From Mycobacterium tuberculosis H37Rv (GTDB lineage: Bacteria; Actinomycetota; Actinomycetes; Mycobacteriales; Mycobacteriaceae): DNA of 32,000 bases. The DNA is taken from NCBI RefSeq assembly GCF_000195955.2, contig NC_000962.3, positions 900,001 through 932,000 of the forward strand, in the 5' to 3' direction. The notes beneath the pieces were generated by a model that saw nothing but the letters and a program-made list of their open reading frames with translations, made no database searches and was not told the origin of the DNA. How positions within the stretch are numbered: position 1 is the first letter of the stretch; the number at the start of each line of letters is the position of its first letter. The translations under genes and the position numbers were made by a program. Below, in pieces: positions 27,837 to 32,000 of this stretch.

Positions 27837-30485
27837 TTATGGCAAGCCGTTCTGTCCCGGCGCGCCAAACACCCCGGCCTTGCCACCGGTACCGCCGGCT
27901 CCGCCGTTGACGCCGTTGCCGCCGTTGCCACCGTAGCCGAGGGTAGACGGGGCGAGCATGCCGTTGACAACTATCGTCGTGTCGCCGCCGTTGCCGCCGG
28001 TGTTAGCCCCGAAGCCGGTGCCGGCGTTGCCGCCGTTCCCACCCACGCCGACTAGTCCGAGGGCGTCGCCGCCGTTGCCGCCAGCGCCACCGTTACCGGT
28101 GGGGGCGGCGCCGCCGGCACCGCCGGCACCGCCCACGGCGATCCCAACCGCTACGGCCTCGCCGCCGTCGCCGCCGTCGCCGCCCATGCCGCCCAGCACC
28201 CCCAGGGCGCCACCACCGTCGCCGCCGGCGCCGCCGATGCCGATGCCCAGGATCACGGGTGAGCTCAACCCGCCACCGCCACCGGCCCCCCCGTTGCCGC
28301 CGGTCCCGGTGGCGGTGCCGCCAGCTCCGCCGGCGCCGCCGTGCAGCACGGAGAACCCTAGGAAGTTTGCGATGCCAGCGCCGGCGCCGCCGAAGCCGCC
28401 GGCTCCGCCGGTGGCGCCGTCCCCGGTGGCGGCACCACCAGCCCCGGCGGCGCCGCCAAAGCCTAGGCCGAGGACAGCAATGCCCTCGAAGACGCCGTCA
28501 CCGCCGGCTCCGCCGGTGGCGCCGCTAGTGCCGGCGCCGCCCTGCGCGCCCGCACCGCCGATGGCGATGGCGATCCCGAAGGGGCTGCTGGCGGTGCCCG
28601 TGCCACCCGGACCGCCGGGTCCGCCGACTCCCGTGGAAGCGTCGCCGCCGGCGGCTCCAGCGCCGCCCAGGGCAAAGATCAGGCCGCGGGCGCTGCCGCC
28701 AGCACCGCCGAACCCGCCGGTTCCGCTGGTGGCGTCCCCGCCGGCCGCGCCGGCCCCGCCGACGGCCGCGAGTGCGCCGGTAGCGCTGCCGCCGTTGCCG
28801 CCGTTGGCGCCGTTAACCCCGACTCCGGTGCCGGCGTTGCCGCCGTTGCCACCTGCGCCGACGAATCCGAAGCCGTCACCGCCGGCACCGCCGCTGCCGC
28901 CGGTACCAACCGAAGCCCCGCCGCCGTGCCCACCGGCGCCGCCCACGCCGCCCAGCAGCCCGGTCCCGCTGCCTCCGGCGCCGCCGTTGCCGCCGGTGTC
29001 GGTGGCGGCTCCGCCAACCCCCCCGACGCCGCCGATGCCGGCGCCGATCAATCCGAGGGCATCGCCGCCGGTCCCGCCATGGCCGCCGCTACCAGCCGAA
29101 GCGGCGCCGCCGGGACCGCCGGCGCCGCCGGCGCCGCCCAGCAGCCCGACGCCCAATCCGCCGGCGCCGCCGATGCCGCCGGTCTCGGTGGCGGCCCCGC
29201 CAGCCCCGCCGGCGCCGCCGACGCCCACGCCCAGAGCCGCGAAGCCGCCGGCACCAACGCCACCGGTCCCGCCGGTGCCGCCGGCACCGGTCGCAGCCCC
29301 ACCAAGCCCGCCGGCCCCGCCGTAGGCCGCGCCGAACCCGATGAAGTCGGGGGCAACAGCGAAGCCGCCAGTGCCGCCGGCCCCGCCGGTCCCAGTGGTA
29401 GCTGCGCCACCATTGCCGCCAGCACCGCCCCAGCTCAAGTCGAGCGCGAAAACGGTGCCCGAGGAACCGCCGGCACCGCCGGCGCCGCCGGCACCGCCGT
29501 TAGTACCTGCGCCGCCGTGCCCGCCGGCACCGCCGATGCCGATGTCGATCCCGAAGGGGCTGGCGGCGCCACCAGAGCCACCGGCACCGCCGGCACCGCC
29601 GCTTCCCATGGCCGAGTCGCCGCCCTGACCGCCGGACCCGCCCAGGCCAAGGAACAGCCCCAATGCGTTGCTGCCGGCGCCGCCGGCACCGCCGGTTCCA
29701 GTGGTAGCGGCCCCGCCGGCGCCACCGGCGCCACCGATGGCTACCAGCGCGCCGCCGGCTCCACCGGCGCCGCCGACCCCGCCGTTCCCGACTCCGCTGG
29801 CGGCCCCGCCAGCTCCGCCGTTGCCGCCAATGCCGAACATCAGCGCGTTGCCACCCGCCCCACCGGACCCGCCGCCGGACCCGCCGGCCCCGCCAGCTCC
29901 GCCGCTACCCCACAGCCACCCGCCGGTGCCGCCTTTGCCACCCGAGGCGCCGGTGCCTCCGGCCCCACCGGTCCCGCCATGGCCCAGCAGCCCGGCGGCA
30001 CCCCCGGCACCCCCGGTCTGCCCCGGAGCACCCGAACCGCCGTTGCCGCCGTTGCCCAACAACCAGCCTCCAGGCCCACCGGCCTCCCCGGTCCCCGGGG
30101 CGCCGTTGGTGCCGTTGCCGATAAAAGGTCGGCCCGACAACGCGGCGGCGGGTGCATTGATGGCGCCTAGCAAGCCCTGCTCGAGGGTCTGCAACGGCGA
30201 CGCGTTGGCCGCTTCGGCGGCCGCATAGGCGCCCATAGCCCCGGCCAGTGCCTGCACAAACCGGGCATGAAACGCCGCCGCCTGCGCGCTCATCGCCTGA
30301 TACTGCTGACCGTGGCTGGAAAACAACGCCGCGATGGCCGCCGACACCTCATCGCCAGCAGCGGCCAACAGCCCGCTTGTCGGGACGGCGGCCGCCGCAT
30401 TGGCAGCGGTCAGGGACGCGCCGATGCCTGCAAGATCCTCCGTGGCCATCGCCACCAAGTCCGGCGCTGCAATCACGAAAGACAT
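27837..30485 (-). CDS. PE_PGRS14: PE_PGRS family protein (PE_PGRS14, Rv0834c)
   Basis: 882-aa ORF with a canonical PE N-terminus ([25 protein letters not shown]...), the linker [31 protein letters not shown], then a long GGX repeat domain. An SD (gggagg) lies upstream. Confidence 0.9.
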   Translation of the reverse strand: MSFVIAAPDLVAMATEDLAGIGASLTAANAAAAVPTSGLLAAAGDEVSAAIAALFSSHGQQYQAMSAQAAAFHARFVQALAGAMGAYAAAEAANASPLQTLEQGLLGAINAPAAALSGRPFIGNGTNGAPGTGEAGGPGGWLLGNGGNGGSGAPGQTGGAGGAAGLLGHGGTGGAGGTGASGGKGGTGGWLWGSGGAGGAGGSGGGSGGAGGNALMFGIGGNGGAGGAASGVGNGGVGGAGGAGGALVAIGGAGGAGGAATTGTGGAGGAGSNALGLFLGLGGSGGQGGDSAMGSGGAGGAGGSGGAASPFGIDIGIGGAGGHGGAGTNGGAGGAGGAGGSSGTVFALDLSWGGAGGNGGAATTGTGGAGGTGGFAVAPDFIGFGAAYGGAGGLGGAATGAGGTGGTGGVGAGGFAALGVGVGGAGGAGGAATETGGIGGAGGLGVGLLGGAGGAGGPGGAASAGSGGHGGTGGDALGLIGAGIGGVGGVGGAATDTGGNGGAGGSGTGLLGGVGGAGGHGGGASVGTGGSGGAGGDGFGFVGAGGNGGNAGTGVGVNGANGGNGGSATGALAAVGGAGAAGGDATSGTGGFGGAGGSARGLIFALGGAGAAGGDASTGVGGPGGPGGTGTASSPFGIAIAIGGAGAQGGAGTSGATGGAGGDGVFEGIAVLGLGFGGAAGAGGAATGDGATGGAGGFGGAGAGIANFLGFSVLHGGAGGAGGTATGTGGNGGAGGGGGLSSPVILGIGIGGAGGDGGGALGVLGGMGGDGGDGGEAVAVGIAVGGAGGAGGAAPTGNGGAGGNGGDALGLVGVGGNGGNAGTGFGANTGGNGGDTTIVVNGMLAPSTLGYGGNGGNGVNGGAGGTGGKAGVFGAPGQNGLP

Positions 30486-30952
30486 CCGACACCTCCCAGC
30501 TGGCCGGTGTGATCTGACTGTCGCCCATCGTTACGATACGCGCATATAGCGCCTACCGGGAGACGAAGTTGACACTCGTCAACATCCGATGGCCGCCGGA
30601 GATCCGGCACGGCTCGGCGGTCGTTTGGGCGGGCGTTGGCCCCGCACGTTCGACAGATTCGACAAGTTCGTGCGCCTCGCGCAACGAGACAACCGGCGAC
30701 GCCGCCTAAGGTCAAGGGCGGCGTGCGTTAGCACTTCCGTCACTCTTGTCAATTAGCCGCAGCAAACGCCAGTCGCCCGTACGATGGCGGCAACGGCGTC
30801 GGCGGAGCGGTTTCCCGCTTGGCCAACGCCGAAGTCCCAGCATGACCGATCGCGGACGCCAGTCCGCAGAAGCCGGCTTATCGACAATGAGGCCAAAGAG
30901 CTCAACCCGTCAGCGGACATGTGGCGCGCGCTGGCCAGTGTGGCGATCAGTC

Positions 30953-31597
30953 GTGTGTTGCTCCACTGCTGCCAAGTCGGCCGTCATCGTCTGCTGTGCG
31001 GCCATCGCGACCACGGCATGCTCGTTTCAAGCCACATCGACCCAGCCGAGCACCGCACCCCCGACATCGCGGGTCGATTCGTTGATCGTCAGCATCGAAG
31101 ACGTACGGCGCATCGCCAACTATGAGGAGCTCGCCGCACATTTTCAGACCGACTTGCGTGAACCGCCGGAGGCGGACACGAACGTTCCGGGCCCCTGTCG
31201 TGTGGTGGGCAGCAGTGATCGCACCTTCGGAACCGACTGGTCAGAGTTCCGTAGCGCGGGTTACCACGGCGTTACCGACGACCTCAGACCGGGCGGGCCG
31301 GTCATGGTCGAGACGGTTAGCCAGGCGATAGCGCTGTACCCGGACCCGAGTACGGCGCGCGGTGTGTTCCATCGGCTCGAGTCGTCGCTGGCAGAATGTG
31401 CTGGCTTGCATGACCCCTACTTCGATTTCATCCTCGACAGGCCGGACGCCTCCACCGTGAGGATCGGCGCTGCGGGTTGGAGTCATGTGTATCGCCTGAA
31501 ATCGTCGGTATTCATATCCGTTGGCGTGTTGGGTATTGAACCGGCAGAGCCGATCGCCAACGTCATCTTGCAGACGATCAGCGATCGCATCCAGTAG
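30953..31597 (+). CDS. lpqQ: Probable lipoprotein LpqQ
   Basis: The ORF is open from 30746. GTG at 30953 gives the 214-aa form I recall, and ATG at 30887 (MRPKSSTRQR...) would add a more typical positively charged n-region. A hydrophobic h-region ends in a lipobox-like IATTAC. Confidence 0.7.
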   Translation: MCCSTAAKSAVIVCCAAIATTACSFQATSTQPSTAPPTSRVDSLIVSIEDVRRIANYEELAAHFQTDLREPPEADTNVPGPCRVVGSSDRTFGTDWSEFRSAGYHGVTDDLRPGGPVMVETVSQAIALYPDPSTARGVFHRLESSLAECAGLHDPYFDFILDRPDASTVRIGAAGWSHVYRLKSSVFISVGVLGIEPAEPIANVILQTISDRIQ

Positions 31598-32000
31598 TTA
31601 GCCGAGGACTGGAAAGCAGCAGCGGCGGCGACGAGCGCAGCGTGTTGAGGGCTGTTGACGCCACGACGCCCACCGTTGCGAAGAAGAAGGCGAGAAGCGT
31701 CGCTTCGGCACCGACTGCTGTCACCGCAACCGAGCTGTAACTACGGGGATCTATTGGATGCGAGGCGTAATCAAGCAGCGTGGCGATGGGTCTGGTGTCC
31801 ACCGCAAAGGAGAAGACATGCCATATGGGGGAAAGCTTGACCCACGAGAGCGCTGTCCCGAACAACTCGGTGCCTGTCAGAAGGATCAGCGCACTGGCCG
31901 CTATCCAGGCCGTCAGGCGTGCCGGGGATATCACGACGCCGAATGTCTTTCGTTGGTTATCCCAGACTGTCGAGCGACGTTGTTTTTGCACTGAACGTCG
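31578..32000 (-). CDS. Hypothetical membrane protein (Rv0836c); the 5' end probably lies beyond the right window edge
   Basis: The frame is open from the stop at 31578 to the window end, with no stop in the last codons. It has hydrophobic segments (LTAWIAASALILLTG, ATLLAFFFATVGVVAS). Its 3' end overlaps the lpqQ 3' end by 20 nt (convergent). Confidence 0.5.
   Translation of the reverse strand, partial: RRSVQKQRRSTVWDNQRKTFGVVISPARLTAWIAASALILLTGTELFGTALSWVKLSPIWHVFSFAVDTRPIATLLDYASHPIDPRSYSSVAVTAVGAEATLLAFFFATVGVVASTALNTLRSSPPLLLSSPRLTTGCDR

Noticed and set aside
27958-30228. Plus-strand ORFs of 455, 414 and 186 aa opposite PE_PGRS14
   Set aside because: This is the same low-complexity mirror-frame effect. 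The minus-strand frame starts with a textbook PE domain and an SD.

Overview
High-GC actinobacterial chromosome. From memory, not a database search, I recognise it as Mycobacterium tuberculosis complex, H37Rv-like, covering cpsY (Rv0806c) to Rv0836c. Gene order, protein lengths and start positions all fit that locus. On the ORF track, most long ORFs opposite or out of frame to the genes below are high-GC mirror-frame artefacts. Left to right: cpsY (Stealth family, cut by the window edge), Rv0807, purF, purM, DUF3073 (Rv0810c), a YgfZ-like folate-binding protein, pabC-like Rv0812, nitrobindin-like Rv0813c, the sseC2-cysA2-thiX-Rv0817c cluster, glnR-mshD, phoT and phoY2 (convergent), the LCP protein Rv0822c, desA1-[MIRU]-dus, a divergent TetR/Rv0826 pair, kmtR, a 5'-truncated deaminase abutting an IS605-family TnpB fragment, the O-methyltransferase Rv0830, low-GC Rv0831c, a four-tRNA cluster (Lys, Glu, Asp, Phe), three PE_PGRS genes (12 and 13 are one gene split by a 1-nt frameshift; 14 is convergent), lpqQ, and the 3' part of Rv0836c. 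I found no CRISPR array, rRNA, intact mobile element, or convincing undescribed multi-gene system; this is mostly core housekeeping sequence. The points worth a second look are small. They are a 58-bp MIRU minisatellite that supplies the dus start codon, the PE_PGRS12/13 frameshift, a fossil PE-PGRS junction inside PE_PGRS13, the IS-fragment/deaminase junction, a compositionally odd gene next to tRNA-Lys, an unannotated hydrophobic small ORF coupled to Rv0813c, and a few candidate operator repeats. Gene symbols come from recalled H37Rv annotation. Motif evidence was read directly from the translations.
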